A stretch of DNA of 64,000 nt from a virus. Lineage: Duplodnaviria; Caudoviricetes. The position numbers were made by a program, and so were the translations under genes. The stretch lies in IMG/VR virus record IMGVR_UViG_2773857766_000003, positions 14,219 through 78,218 of that record; one strand, written 5' to 3'. Positions 27,097 through 37,034 of the stretch are shown piece after piece (within the stretch, counting starts at the first letter, position 1; each line of letters opens with the position of its first letter). The notes under the pieces were generated by a model, which did no database searches, had not been told where the DNA came from, and saw nothing but the letters and a program-made list of their open reading frames with translations.

Positions 27097-29669
27097 AACC
27101 CGCGCAGTTCCTCGGAGGTGGAGCACAGCACCACGGACGTGACGCGTGCGGCGCTCTGGATTTCTACCTGGTGCTCAAGCCAGCGCCCGGTCGGCAGGCG
27201 CTGGGGCTGCAGGTCCGTGAAGGTCGCCGTGTGCTGCAGCACGCCGTCGCCCCACAGGCGCAGCGTGACGGGGTGCGCTTCGTCCTGCTGGCCGTACACC
27301 TTCGCCCACGCGAGCGGCTGCTGGCGCGGCTGCGTGGCGATGCCCGTGCGCCACCGGCCCGCGCGGCCGGCCCCGCCCGTGAAGCACTCCAGGATGTCGG
27401 AGCCCCGAGCCAGGTACATCAGGTCGTTGAGCTTGTCCACCCACACGGCCGAGCCCGAGAGGTCGATGCGGCCCAGCTTCATCCCGTCCTGCATGTTGCA
27501 CGCAAGACAGCCCCCGCCCGCGCCAGCGTAGAACAGGTAGTAAACGCCCTCGTGCTCGGCTGCGAACATGCTGGCCGGCTGCATGGCCTGCCAGTCCTTC
27601 CGCGCGATCAGCTGCCGGGACACCACCTCCACGCCGCGGGCACTCGCCAGGCAGAGCCCGTCCGGAGAGGCGTAGAGCACGCCGCCCTGCACGCCCACCA
27701 CCGACCGCCGCGAGGCGCACGCCTGGTTGCTATCGAGCTTCTGGGCCGACATCGAGGCCGAGTGGGCACCGGTGACGAAGTATGGATTGCCGGCCGTGCC
27801 CACGAACAGGGTCTGGTCGAACACGGCCATGCCGACCACGGGGAATTCTGTCGTGACCTGGTACTCCACCGGCCAGGCATAGGGCACGTAGGGTTCGCAG
27901 AACGCCACCGTGTTGTCGATGAAGCCGGCCATGATCCCGTTGGGCATGCCCACCAGCCCGCGCAGATAGGGGTTCGCGCCCACGCTGGGCTTCAGCTCGC
28001 CGTCGAATTGCCCGTCCATCCGGTACGGCGGCGCGGCCCAGGTGAACTGCGGCTGCAGGCTTTCCAGCTCCTCGCTCGCCTTGTCGTCCAGGAAGGCCGC
28101 CACCGTGATGGGCATCTCTTGCACCAGTTGCCAGGCGGCGGCCGTGTCGCTGGTATTGCTGCGGTACAGCCGCCACTTCGCGATGAAGCGCTCTGCATAG
28201 CTCTCCCCCGTCATCAGGGCCGGCCGTTGAACGGTCACGGTGTCGTTCGCATCCGCCTCCAGCAACTCCGAGAGCGGCGACGGCTCCGACTCTTCACCCC
28301 AGTCGGTCACGAAGGCCACCACGTAGTAGCGCGAGGAAACCACGCGGTCCACCGTTTCGCCGGCCAGCTTCGCCACGCCGCCCAGCTTGTCCACCCAGGT
28401 GCCCACTACGGCCACGTCTTTGGTCAGGGCAGTGAACTGGCTGGCCAGCTGGGTCTGGATGCTCGCCACCAGGGTGGTACACCGCTGCTGGATCTCCACC
28501 AGCCGCGCATTCAGGCTCGCGGCCTGGGTGGATGCCGCGTCGCGGCCAGAGGTGTAGGCCTCCAGCGCAAGGTAGTAGGCCTCCAGGTCCTTGCGGTACT
28601 GCACCCAGGCTGCCGATTCCACGATATCGGTGCTGTCGCCGCCTGTGGACTGGTACTGCGGCACAGACGGTTCCTTCGGCCGCACGGGCGCGGAGGTGGG
28701 CGCGGCCCAGCTCTTCTCCAGCGCGAGCGTCGCGAACTCCTTCACCAGCTTGTCCAGCTCGGTGCGGGCGGCCGCGCACTCGGCGCCTGGGGCGGCGGCC
28801 TTCTCGGCGAGGTCGGCCACCTTGGCGGCCAAGTCGGCGGTCAGCACCGTCTCGCCCGCGCGCTCGCCCGCGGTGGCCGGGAATTCGTGCAGCTGCAGCG
28901 CCTCCACGAGCGCCGCGCGGCGCAGCGGGTAGCTCGCCGGCATGGCGGCCACCGGCACGGCCCAGCCCCCGCTGGTCTGGGTGGCGCCCAGTCGGGTCAT
29001 GTCCATCTCGGTGGCAGCCGCCCGCGCGGTGGTGATGATGGCGTAGAGGTTGCCCGGCGCCGCGCCCCCGCCCACGGCAGGGGATAGAGAGAGCCCGTAG
29101 TTCGACGTGGGTCCGGCGTAGGCCTTGCCCGAGGCGTCCCATCGCACGGCCTCCTGGTTGCCCTCGTGCTTCACGAACGTGGCGAGCAGGTCGTCCAGCA
29201 GCATCTGGGCGAAGTCACCATAGAGCCAGGTTTTCGCCTCCTCGGGCGTGAACTCGTCCACCACCTGCAGCTTCACGATCGGCTTCACTGGCCGCGGCAC
29301 GCCCAGCAGCCGGTCATTCCCGCGGGCGTCCACCACGCGCGGGCGAGCGCTGCCGTCGTCGGTGGTGCAGTAGGTTCGCTCCGTGGCCTCGTCGTTGATC
29401 TGGCCCTTCACGAATGAACGCTCGTCGGTATAGGAGCGGATGGGCGCGGCTGGATCCTTGACCACCTCGCCGTTCGCATTGCGCGCCATGCGGTGCAGCG
29501 TACGCGCGCCGGACACGCAGGCCGAGTGCCGGCGGTCGGCGGCCATGGGCCAGAACTCGCCGCTGGGCAGGAAGAGGTTTTCGTTCACCCGCGCGAAGTC
29601 ACTGCCCAGGGCGCGATCGGAAACGCTGGGGGCTTCGCCGCCGAACGCGGCCAGGCGGTAGATGGTCAT
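27093..29669 (-). CDS. Tail nozzle/stabilisation protein
   Basis: YVVAFVTDWGEESEPSP, FCEPYVPYAWP, beta-propeller-like C-terminus. Confidence 0.78.
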   Translation of the reverse strand: MTIYRLAAFGGEAPSVSDRALGSDFARVNENLFLPSGEFWPMAADRRHSACVSGARTLHRMARNANGEVVKDPAAPIRSYTDERSFVKGQINDEATERTYCTTDDGSARPRVVDARGNDRLLGVPRPVKPIVKLQVVDEFTPEEAKTWLYGDFAQMLLDDLLATFVKHEGNQEAVRWDASGKAYAGPTSNYGLSLSPAVGGGAAPGNLYAIITTARAAATEMDMTRLGATQTSGGWAVPVAAMPASYPLRRAALVEALQLHEFPATAGERAGETVLTADLAAKVADLAEKAAAPGAECAAARTELDKLVKEFATLALEKSWAAPTSAPVRPKEPSVPQYQSTGGDSTDIVESAAWVQYRKDLEAYYLALEAYTSGRDAASTQAASLNARLVEIQQRCTTLVASIQTQLASQFTALTKDVAVVGTWVDKLGGVAKLAGETVDRVVSSRYYVVAFVTDWGEESEPSPLSELLEADANDTVTVQRPALMTGESYAERFIAKWRLYRSNTSDTAAAWQLVQEMPITVAAFLDDKASEELESLQPQFTWAAPPYRMDGQFDGELKPSVGANPYLRGLVGMPNGIMAGFIDNTVAFCEPYVPYAWPVEYQVTTEFPVVGMAVFDQTLFVGTAGNPYFVTGAHSASMSAQKLDSNQACASRRSVVGVQGGVLYASPDGLCLASARGVEVVSRQLIARKDWQAMQPASMFAAEHEGVYYLFYAGAGGGCLACNMQDGMKLGRIDLSGSAVWVDKLNDLMYLARGSDILECFTGGAGRAGRWRTGIATQPRQQPLAWAKVYGQQDEAHPVTLRLWGDGVLQHTATFTDLQPQRLPTGRWLEHQVEIQSAARVTSVVLCSTSEELRGL

Positions 29670-29680
29670 GGCCCGGAATC

Positions 29681-29695
29681 TGGCAGGCTTGGCAC
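29681..29695 (-). promoter_or_regulatory. Late-gene motif copy 3
   Basis: GTGCCAAGCCTGCCA, 11 nt before ATG 29669, no SD. Confidence 0.8.
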
Positions 29696-29709
29696 CGCCG
29701 CGGCGCGTG

Positions 29710-30108
29710 CTACAGCCCCGCCGCGTGCGTGAAGATGTCGTCCAGCTCCCGTCGGGTCAGCCCGATGGCGGCACCCAGCTGGGCCACGAGCTGGCTGTCC
29801 CGGCGCACGGTCGGCCGGTAGTCCCATTCGATCTTCGCGCGCGTGCGCTCCGGCTCGGGCATCCCGGCCAGCACCGCCTCCACGGCCTGCAGCTTGCCGA
29901 TGTCGAGCAGCGCGAGCCGGGCTTGGCCCATCGTGACCTCCTCCGGCACGCGAACCACCGGCGCGGGCGGTTCGTAGGGCAGCGGCGTGTTGCCACGCGC
30001 CAGCCAGCCCAGGTAAATCTCGTAGTCGGCATTGCCCCGCACGGGCGGGAACGAAACTTCATCGGCAATGCGGAAGATCATGTCCCCCGCCGTGAGTCGG
30101 TATGGCAT
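29710..30108 (-). CDS. Tail fibre accessory protein
   Basis: NADYEIYLGWLARGNTP, VTMGQARLAL; TGATG-coupled to the fibre gene. Confidence 0.75.
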   Translation of the reverse strand: MPYRLTAGDMIFRIADEVSFPPVRGNADYEIYLGWLARGNTPLPYEPPAPVVRVPEEVTMGQARLALLDIGKLQAVEAVLAGMPEPERTRAKIEWDYRPTVRRDSQLVAQLGAAIGLTRRELDDIFTHAAGL

Positions 30109-32117
30109 CAGAACTCCGCGTTGATGTTGATCCGCGCATCGCCCGCCAGGACGCACAGGCACGCCTTGCTATCGCCCGCCAGGCCGGCGCTGGTGCTGGT
30201 GAGCACGATGTGGGCACGCTTCGTGCCGGCGGAATTTGCGTAGGGTCGATCGGTGCACGAGGGCGTCCCGCTCCCGATCTGGAATTGGAAGTTGGCCACG
30301 CTGCCGGGAAAACTCAGGCTCGGCGCCACTCGCTTCGTGTCGTACTCCAGCAGTGCCCACACCTGGGAATTGTTGGGAACCATGCCCATCGCGTACACAT
30401 TGGCATTGGCGTTGTTCAGCTGCTCGAAGTACCGCAGGCAGTCGTCCATCTCGTCGCCGATTTGCCGGTGTTCGAACGGCGTGGCCACCGCCCCCGACTC
30501 CAGCCGGAAGCCGGTCAGGGCGAAGACGTTGCCCGCGGTGTCCAGGCAATTCACCTGACTGGATGTGCCGAGGTACAGCCCATCGCGCCATGCGCCCGGC
30601 TGGGTGTGGTAGGTCGGGCCCACGCCCACGCACCAGCGAACATAAAGCCCCGGACCCCAGGACGTGTTCCAGCCGCCCGCGGCCGGCAACCCGCCCACCA
30701 GGGTGACGGACTTGAACTCCCAGGTGTTCGCATTTTGGACCGAGTATTCCGCCACGAACGACTTATCGAACCCGCCGTTGAAGAGCGCGAGGCAGTGAAC
30801 CCCCACCCGAGAGGAGCGCACCCAGAACGACACGGTGAAGGTGACGCCGAAGAGGTCGGCGATGTTGTAGCCCTCGATGATCTGCTGGAGCCCTGCGGAG
30901 TCGCCCCCTTCCATCGCGGGATCTGCCGTCGTCACGGTCAGCCGCGCGCACCGGCGCAAGCCAGGATCGAGAGCCGGGCCGTCGGTGGCCTGCTCCACCG
31001 TAGCCACGGCCGGGGTGTAGGACCCGGTGAACGCGAGCCGATCCACCGGATAGTTTCCCGTGCTGATGGACGCACCAGGGAAGCTCGTACCACGTTGCGC
31101 CACATTGCAACGTCCGTTGATGAGGCGGTTTCGCGTCCCCGCGAGGTGACTGCCGTTGAGGGTCTTCAGCGCCAGGTCGCCGGTCATCTGGTCGCCGGTC
31201 CGGTTGAGCCGCGCGGCGATCGCGGCAGCCTGGAGCACGCTGACGGGCTTCGCCGCGTCGGCCGTGTTGTCCACGCTCCCCAAGCCGACATCGCCGGGCA
31301 GAAGCACCACGTTGCCGCTGCGGCCCGCCACGGACAGCACCGCGTTGACCTGGGCCCCGGGCTGCACGCCCGCCAGCTTCACCTTCTCGGCGGTCGAGAA
31401 ATCCTCCGCGCTCAGCCCCTTGCCGGCCACCACGTCCACCTTCGTGGCGAGCGTTTCCGGCAACCCCATCACCGTGGCCATGGGCTGCGTGCCAGTGTGG
31501 GTACTGCGATCGCGCAACTGCGAGTCCGGTGCGTTCTTCGTGGCCTGTTCGGCAATGCCGGCGAGCTTGGCGAGGTCGGCGGTGGTGTAGTCGTTGGTGC
31601 TCAGGCCCTTGCCCGCCACCTTCTCCACGCGACCCTCCATCTGGGCCACCGTCGCCATGGGCTGGGCGAAGCCCGGGTTCGGGTAGTTTCCCGACAGCAC
31701 GCCGCCCGCGGCGCCGGTGGGCGTGCGCGGATCGGACATGCGCGGGTCGGTGGTCTGGGCGTACTGGCTGATCCCGCCGGCCGTCAGGCGCAGCTCCACC
31801 AGGTCGCCGGCCACGTAGGCCCGCGGCGTGGTGCCCTCCTGCCCGCGCAGCACGGTCAGCCGGCACTCGCCCACCACAGAGTTGTCCACCCCGGTGACGC
31901 GCAGGATCTCGTAGTCCGATTCCACGGTGCCGGCGCGCTTGAAGGCGGTCAGCACATACCAGCTGCCACCCGGCGGGTTGATGAGCGTGCCGGCGGCGCC
32001 GTCGGAGACTCGGAGCACGCCGTAGTCCAGTTCGCCCGCCGGGTTGGCGGTGGCCGGCGCGGCCTTGACGGACGCGATGAATTGCGTGGTGAAGTTGTTC
32101 AGGTAGAGCTGGGGCAT
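30108..32117 (-). CDS. Tail fibre protein
   Basis: GKGLSTNDYT repeats, RNRLING..VAQRG, G..ATPFEHR..CLRYF. Confidence 0.87.
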   Translation of the reverse strand: MPQLYLNNFTTQFIASVKAAPATANPAGELDYGVLRVSDGAAGTLINPPGGSWYVLTAFKRAGTVESDYEILRVTGVDNSVVGECRLTVLRGQEGTTPRAYVAGDLVELRLTAGGISQYAQTTDPRMSDPRTPTGAAGGVLSGNYPNPGFAQPMATVAQMEGRVEKVAGKGLSTNDYTTADLAKLAGIAEQATKNAPDSQLRDRSTHTGTQPMATVMGLPETLATKVDVVAGKGLSAEDFSTAEKVKLAGVQPGAQVNAVLSVAGRSGNVVLLPGDVGLGSVDNTADAAKPVSVLQAAAIAARLNRTGDQMTGDLALKTLNGSHLAGTRNRLINGRCNVAQRGTSFPGASISTGNYPVDRLAFTGSYTPAVATVEQATDGPALDPGLRRCARLTVTTADPAMEGGDSAGLQQIIEGYNIADLFGVTFTVSFWVRSSRVGVHCLALFNGGFDKSFVAEYSVQNANTWEFKSVTLVGGLPAAGGWNTSWGPGLYVRWCVGVGPTYHTQPGAWRDGLYLGTSSQVNCLDTAGNVFALTGFRLESGAVATPFEHRQIGDEMDDCLRYFEQLNNANANVYAMGMVPNNSQVWALLEYDTKRVAPSLSFPGSVANFQFQIGSGTPSCTDRPYANSAGTKRAHIVLTSTSAGLAGDSKACLCVLAGDARININAEF

Positions 32118-32118
32118 G

Positions 32119-33168
32119 TCACTGCTCCTTGATGGGTACGACCAGTTCCACCTCCTTGACGCGGCCGTCGTTGGTGGTCGCCGCGATGGAAATCTGGTAC
32201 TTCGTGCCGCTCTTGCCGCCCGCGTACACCCACACCTTCACGCGTTGGGCCGTGATTGCGTAACTGGGCGGCATGGGCATGGCCGGCATCACCTTGAGCG
32301 CCACGGCCACGATCTCGTCGCCGGGCGGAAACCACTCGGCGAATTCGATGTCGTAGTCCTGCACGTCGGCGGGCTGTTGTGGGGGGCTGGCTCTGAACAT
32401 GCTGGTGCCCTGGTCGGTCACATAGAAGGTGGTCATGGTGGGCGGCACGAGGAACGTGCGCGATTCGGGCGCGGGCTCGTCAAACGGCAACCGCTTGAAC
32501 ACATCGGGGTCGATCTCAATGACCGCTCGCCCGAGCACGGCAACTGGACCACGCGCGCCGACGTGGAAGCGGGCGGTGCCGGCCGCCGCGGCGCGCAGTA
32601 GCACCGCCAGCCGGGCAGAGGTCCGAGTGCGCGTCACGATGAAGGCCTGGGCCCTCGCATCGACAGGCGATCGGACGCGGCGGCGCGCGAACACCGTGCC
32701 GTCCGCAGTGATGCCGGCGAAGGGCGTGGACCGGACCGGGCCACGGCGGACAAGGCGCGTGGCCGGCGAGAGCTTGGCGCGGGCCGTGCCCGAGGCACCA
32801 CCCCGCGCCAGGACGTGTGCGCGCAGTCCAATGCTGGCGCGGGCCTTGGCGCTGACCACGCCACGCACAGGCGGCAGCGTCACCTTGATGACGGCGCGCC
32901 CACGCGCGGCGATCAGCCCATGGACCTCCGCGTGCCCGAGAGCCCCAACGACAGCCGCCCGCGCGATGGCGTCGGCACGGATGTGGGCCTCGACCCGGCC
33001 CAGGCGGCCCGCCAAGCTGGCAGCAGGCTCGCTGTGCACGCGCGCATAGGCAAGCACACGGCCGCCTGCGCGGATACGTGCGTAGCCCCGTGCATCAACG
33101 CGGACGCGAACAACCTGCTCCCCGGCGGGACCGTTGATCGCAAATCCGTTGAACCTTCCGCGGTTCAC
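32119..33168 (-). CDS. Virion structural protein with C-terminal fibre-adaptor-like domain
   Basis: FN..AING start, Ala/Arg-rich repeats, DVQDYDIEFAEW domain. Confidence 0.7.
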   Translation of the reverse strand: MNRGRFNGFAINGPAGEQVVRVRVDARGYARIRAGGRVLAYARVHSEPAASLAGRLGRVEAHIRADAIARAAVVGALGHAEVHGLIAARGRAVIKVTLPPVRGVVSAKARASIGLRAHVLARGGASGTARAKLSPATRLVRRGPVRSTPFAGITADGTVFARRRVRSPVDARAQAFIVTRTRTSARLAVLLRAAAAGTARFHVGARGPVAVLGRAVIEIDPDVFKRLPFDEPAPESRTFLVPPTMTTFYVTDQGTSMFRASPPQQPADVQDYDIEFAEWFPPGDEIVAVALKVMPAMPMPPSYAITAQRVKVWVYAGGKSGTKYQISIAATTNDGRVKEVELVVPIKEQ

Positions 33169-33186
33169 GTCCTGCCGCCCGCGCGG

Positions 33187-33603
33187 TTACATCAGCTGCA
33201 GGGTGAAGTCCCCCGTCAGCGTCTGGCTGTCCACCACGAACACGTCATTGATCTGGAGCGTGCGCGGGCTGGCCAGCGGCTCCGAATACATGAGCGTGGC
33301 AGTGGGATCGTTCAGGGAGTCGCCCTCCAGGATGCCAATGTGCGTCACCGTGACCTGGGCCCCGCTCACCGGCGGGAACTCGGCGCGCACCGCGTTGTAG
33401 GTGCCACCGTTCACGGGCGAGGCAAACGCGCCGGTGGGCACGCGGCGATACCACGATGCGGCAACCTCGGTTCCGGCCGTGAAGGCATCGGTAGGGTCGG
33501 CCGTGAACAGCGCGAAGTACGGGGTGCGGATCGCAGGGAACGCCTGCTGGCGCAGCGTGGCGTTGATGACCGCATTGGCGAGGGAGTTGGAGAAACCGGC
33601 CAT
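33187..33603 (-). CDS. Tail/fibre-associated structural protein
   Basis: YFALFTADP..EV..Y.R, VTHIGI motif; AGGAGG RBS. Confidence 0.75.
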   Translation of the reverse strand: MAGFSNSLANAVINATLRQQAFPAIRTPYFALFTADPTDAFTAGTEVAASWYRRVPTGAFASPVNGGTYNAVRAEFPPVSGAQVTVTHIGILEGDSLNDPTATLMYSEPLASPRTLQINDVFVVDSQTLTGDFTLQLM

Positions 33604-33621
33604 GGAGGCCTCCTGTGGTTT

Positions 33622-33643
33622 CGAGCACTCCAGCGCCCCGGTT
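33622..33643 (-). promoter_or_regulatory. 22-nt leader element with GGA-loop hairpin, copy A
   Basis: AACCGGGGCGCTGGAGTGCTCG, identical to 37003-37024. Confidence 0.8.
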
Positions 33644-33663
33644 ACGAAAATGTGCTGCCAGGA

Positions 33664-33678
33664 TGGCAGGCTTGTCAC
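33664..33678 (-). promoter_or_regulatory. Late-gene motif copy 4
   Basis: GTGACAAGCCTGCCA. Confidence 0.75.
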
Positions 33679-34304
33679 ATGGTCGGCGCCACCTCGTTGG
33701 ACGCCTTGACCTGCACGCCGAGCGCGCCCTGGAACAGCTCCAGATGCGAGGCGGCCAGCGCCTGGTTGCCAGCAAATTCGCCATCCACGGACCAGGCCCG
33801 GAACAGCATGAAGTGGCGCAGCGCATCCAGCCAGCGGGCCGGCACCCATGGCGCGGCGCTCTCGTCCGCCAGATCCACGGCAGCAGGCGCCACCACCGCA
33901 CGCACCTTCACGCCCGCGCGGGCCGGCGGGTATACCAGGTACTCCCGCGGCGTGCGCATGTCGTGCATGAAGTGCTGCACCTCCAGCGCGGGCGTCTGCG
34001 AGCGCCAGGCACCGGCCACGGCGTCCAGCGTCCACAGCGCGGTCTTCGTGATGCGGCGCTGCGCGGTGTTGGCGTTGTTGGTGATGTCGATGAGCGTCAG
34101 CACGTCGGGCGGTAGCTCCTGCTGCCAGCCGGCGGCCAGCACCAGCTCGCGGTCCTGCGCCAGCTGGTCGGGCCGGTACTCGGCGAACGCGCGCTGGGCC
34201 GCATTGAAGAAGTCGAGCAGGTCGGCTCGCGTCCAGCGGACGCTCCCCTTGTCCTGCAGTTCGCGCGCCACGTCGTCCAGCAGCTGCTTTACGTTCAGAG
34301 CCAT
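33675..34304 (-). CDS. Head-tail adaptor-like protein
   Basis: LQD...RW...LL.FFN.AQ; YLVYPP. Confidence 0.72.
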   Translation of the reverse strand: MALNVKQLLDDVARELQDKGSVRWTRADLLDFFNAAQRAFAEYRPDQLAQDRELVLAAGWQQELPPDVLTLIDITNNANTAQRRITKTALWTLDAVAGAWRSQTPALEVQHFMHDMRTPREYLVYPPARAGVKVRAVVAPAAVDLADESAAPWVPARWLDALRHFMLFRAWSVDGEFAGNQALAASHLELFQGALGVQVKASNEVAPTM

Positions 34305-34915
34305 TGCGCCCTCCCCCGCGGCGTGCTCGGCGTGTGCGAGCGCCACACGTCGGTGGTTGCGTCATCGATCGCGGCGCTGAACAGCGCGAGCGCCACGGCG
34401 GCCTGGTCGGGCCGGTAGTAGTCCGTGCCGGCGGTGGCCAGCAGCTCCGCCTTAGCGCCGTCACGGATCGCCTCGTGGTAGAGCCGCGCCACACTGTCGG
34501 GAACGCTGGTGCCGCGCGTGGAGGGGATGAGCGAGGCCCGCACCTGCACGGTGCCGCCAGCCCCGAGCGCGCCGACGGTGAAAGAGGCCAGGTCAGTGGT
34601 CACGAGGTAGGCGCAACCCGCTCGCGCGTGGCGCCAGGGGTCAGCGGGCAAGCTCCCCTCCTTCGCCACCTCCAGGGGCTTGCCGTCCAGCGTGGCCGCC
34701 TCGATGCGGCGCAGCTCGGCGCCCTGGGGCAGCTCGAACGCGTATTCGGCGAAGGGCGTGCCCGACACATCGACCGGCTCCAGCCATTCCTGCCACGCGC
34801 GCGTCTTCCGCAGGAACTGGCGCGCAGCCCGGTTGATGCACAGGTGGATGAGCGGCGCGGGCGCCGTGGGAGCAGCCAGCACCAGCTCGGGCATCCAGTT
34901 GTCCCACGATGCCAT
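34295..34915 (-). CDS. Head-tail adaptor-like protein
   Basis: Position after the capsid genes; AARQFLRKTRAW. Confidence 0.68.
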   Translation of the reverse strand: MASWDNWMPELVLAAPTAPAPLIHLCINRAARQFLRKTRAWQEWLEPVDVSGTPFAEYAFELPQGAELRRIEAATLDGKPLEVAKEGSLPADPWRHARAGCAYLVTTDLASFTVGALGAGGTVQVRASLIPSTRGTSVPDSVARLYHEAIRDGAKAELLATAGTDYYRPDQAAVALALFSAAIDDATTDVWRSHTPSTPRGRAQWL

Positions 34916-34921
34916 GGCGCG

Positions 34922-35293
34922 TCAGCCCTTCACCAGGGAGGCAGCACCCGCCTTGCGCACGCGTCCCGTGGGGGCGGTGTTGTCTTCCTTGGGTAGGCCG
35001 TCGCCGGTGGAGGCCGGCACGTCGTCGTCATCGTCGTCCTGGGCGGCTTGGGCCTTCTTCGCCTCGCGTTCGGCAATGCGCTCCGCGCGCTTGGCGGCCA
35101 CCTGCTGGAATTTCTGCTCGGCGTCGAACTCTTCCTTGGTCTGGAAGCCTTTGATCTGCAGCTCATCGACGTGATCCTCGTCCTGGACCTCGCACGACAG
35201 AGGGGTGCCCTTGAACACGTACGCGGTGCCGTCGTCCGTGCGGACGGTCAGCTCGCCGGTCTTGCGGGCGGGGAGCGCGGTCAAAAGAAGCAT
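34922..35293 (-). CDS. Hypothetical virion-module protein
   Basis: GGAG RBS; YVF..L.CEV.DEDH. Confidence 0.7.
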   Translation of the reverse strand: MLLLTALPARKTGELTVRTDDGTAYVFKGTPLSCEVQDEDHVDELQIKGFQTKEEFDAEQKFQQVAAKRAERIAEREAKKAQAAQDDDDDDVPASTGDGLPKEDNTAPTGRVRKAGAASLVKG

Positions 35294-35310
35294 GGGGTTC
35301 TCCGGAGTTC

Positions 35311-35364
35311 AAAAAGGCCCCGCCGGGCGTGAACCCGACAGGGTGGGAAAGACCCTTGCGGGCC
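35311..35364 (-). terminator. Branched hairpin with U-tract after the capsid genes
   Basis: GGCCC...GGGCC-TTTTT on the minus strand, enclosing two small hairpins. Confidence 0.6.
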
Positions 35365-35371
35365 AGCACAT

Positions 35372-35830
35372 TCAGGCGTTGGCGTACACCAGATCGACCG
35401 CGAGGAGGCCGGCGGGCGTGCCCGTGCCCACGCCGGTAATCTTCAGCAGCACGCGGCGGTCGTAGTCCTTGGGCGCCACCTTCGCGAAAGCAGCGGGCGT
35501 CAGCTGGACGTAGCCACCGGCCGCGCCGGTGTTGTTGTCCACCACCCAGACGGCGCCGCCGTCCTCGGCGGCCGTGCTGAAGTCCGTGCCAGCCGCGTTC
35601 GCGATACCGATGGAAGCGGTGAAGCCGGCGCCCAGGGCGGCCGGAGCGCGCACGTACAGGTGGACGGGCAGCGTGCCGGCGGGCAGCACGCCGATGATGC
35701 CCACGGTGCCGGCCACATGGTCGGCCGCGACCAGCTGCTGACCGCAGCGGGACACGACCAGCTCCGGGCCGCCGGGGGTGATGGCGTTGTCATAGCCCGC
35801 CAGTTGGGGGCTCTTGTTGGCGAAAGGCAT
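35372..35830 (-). CDS. Capsid decoration/cement-like protein
   Basis: Beta-rich 152 aa directly after the MCP; AAGGAG RBS. Confidence 0.7.
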   Translation of the reverse strand: MPFANKSPQLAGYDNAITPGGPELVVSRCGQQLVAADHVAGTVGIIGVLPAGTLPVHLYVRAPAALGAGFTASIGIANAAGTDFSTAAEDGGAVWVVDNNTGAAGGYVQLTPAAFAKVAPKDYDRRVLLKITGVGTGTPAGLLAVDLVYANA

Positions 35831-35865
35831 GTTCGACTCCTTCTATGGTTTCAGGGGGGACCGGA

Positions 35866-36981
35866 TCAGCGGGGGGCTGCAGCGGCATCCACGGCGAACA
35901 GGCCTTGGTCGTGGCTCACGCCGTCCCAGTTGAACGTGGTCTTCTTGAAGCCGAAGATGGAGGACGTGGTGATGACCACCTGGTTCCCGTTGTCGCGGGT
36001 TTCTTCGTGCCAGCCGTAGCGCATGCCGGTGCCCGGGCTGCCAAACGCCAGCACCCCCGCCTGTGCGCCCATGAAGAGAGCGCGCGCGGTGGACACGTTG
36101 CCGCCCGCGCCGTGGTTGTTGTGGCGGATGACGTTGCGATGGCTGTGCAGCACCACGTTGCGGTGCATGCCGAGGGCCGATCGGAACAGCGGAGACTTCG
36201 CGCCGAGCGATGCGGCGGCCGCCTTCTGCAAATCCATCCACGCGCCCGTGGAAGTGTCGTTGCGCAGGTCGTCCTCGTGCCAGGTGTGCATCACCATGAC
36301 GAAGACCTCCTCGCCGTCCACCACGCACGGCTGCAGAACCGGGATGTTGGTGGAGCCGCCGCCCTGAGTGTCGGCACGGGTGCGTGCGTCGCCCACGAGC
36401 TTCAGCGTCATCTTGTCGGTGGCGTCGATGTTGGCCGTGCTGGTGGCGTCGCCTGCGAACAGCTGGTGGTTGACCGTGGGAGCGGTCAGCTTGTTGTTCG
36501 CCCGGCCTTGGTAGCCCAGCGGCAGCAGGAAGTTCTCGTTCACGCCGCGCGAGCCCGAGAGGTAGGAGAACGACAGTTCGTCCTGGAAGCGGCCCCACCA
36601 GCCAGCCTGCTGCTGCTTGGCCCGCATGCGCAGATCGTGCAGCGTGCGCTTGCGCGACATACGGCCGCCGGTGTTCACGCCGGCGCGGGCCTGGTCGATA
36701 TACAGCTCATCGCTGTAGAACTTCTGCGCTTCTTCCTTGCCGGTGAGGGTGTTGTCACCTTCGACCGGCGCCATGCGCAGTTCGGTCAGCAGGTCGTAGG
36801 TGATGAGTTCACCGGCCTCGGATTCCAGTTCCGTGAGGATCTGGATGGGGGTCTTCGCGCCCTGGCCGACGGCCGCGAAACGGCGGCCGAAATAGGACTG
36901 CTGGGACACATCGAGGGCCAAGTCGCCGGAGAAGCGCTTGACGGCACGCGGGCTGTTCACGCCCGTGCTGGTTTTCGCCAT
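35866..36981 (-). CDS. Major capsid protein (N4-gp56/DUF4043-like)
   Basis: GDNTLTGKEE, IDQAR..V..GG.MS.KRT.HDLR, RALFMGAQA, G.KKT.F. Confidence 0.9.
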   Translation of the reverse strand: MAKTSTGVNSPRAVKRFSGDLALDVSQQSYFGRRFAAVGQGAKTPIQILTELESEAGELITYDLLTELRMAPVEGDNTLTGKEEAQKFYSDELYIDQARAGVNTGGRMSRKRTLHDLRMRAKQQQAGWWGRFQDELSFSYLSGSRGVNENFLLPLGYQGRANNKLTAPTVNHQLFAGDATSTANIDATDKMTLKLVGDARTRADTQGGGSTNIPVLQPCVVDGEEVFVMVMHTWHEDDLRNDTSTGAWMDLQKAAAASLGAKSPLFRSALGMHRNVVLHSHRNVIRHNNHGAGGNVSTARALFMGAQAGVLAFGSPGTGMRYGWHEETRDNGNQVVITTSSIFGFKKTTFNWDGVSHDQGLFAVDAAAAPR

Positions 36982-37002
36982 GGAATGCTCCTAGAGAGGA
37001 TG

Positions 37003-37024
37003 CGAGCACTCCAGCGCCCCGGTT
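37003..37024 (-). promoter_or_regulatory. 22-nt leader element with GGA-loop hairpin, copy B (capsid leader)
   Basis: Identical to 33622-33643; 21 nt before the MCP ATG. Confidence 0.8.
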
Positions 37025-37034
37025 GAAAAAAACT

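Noticed and set aside
25165-32117. Diversity-generating retroelement or invertible tail-fibre switch
   Set aside because: No reverse transcriptase, invertase or TR/VR repeat pair noticed.
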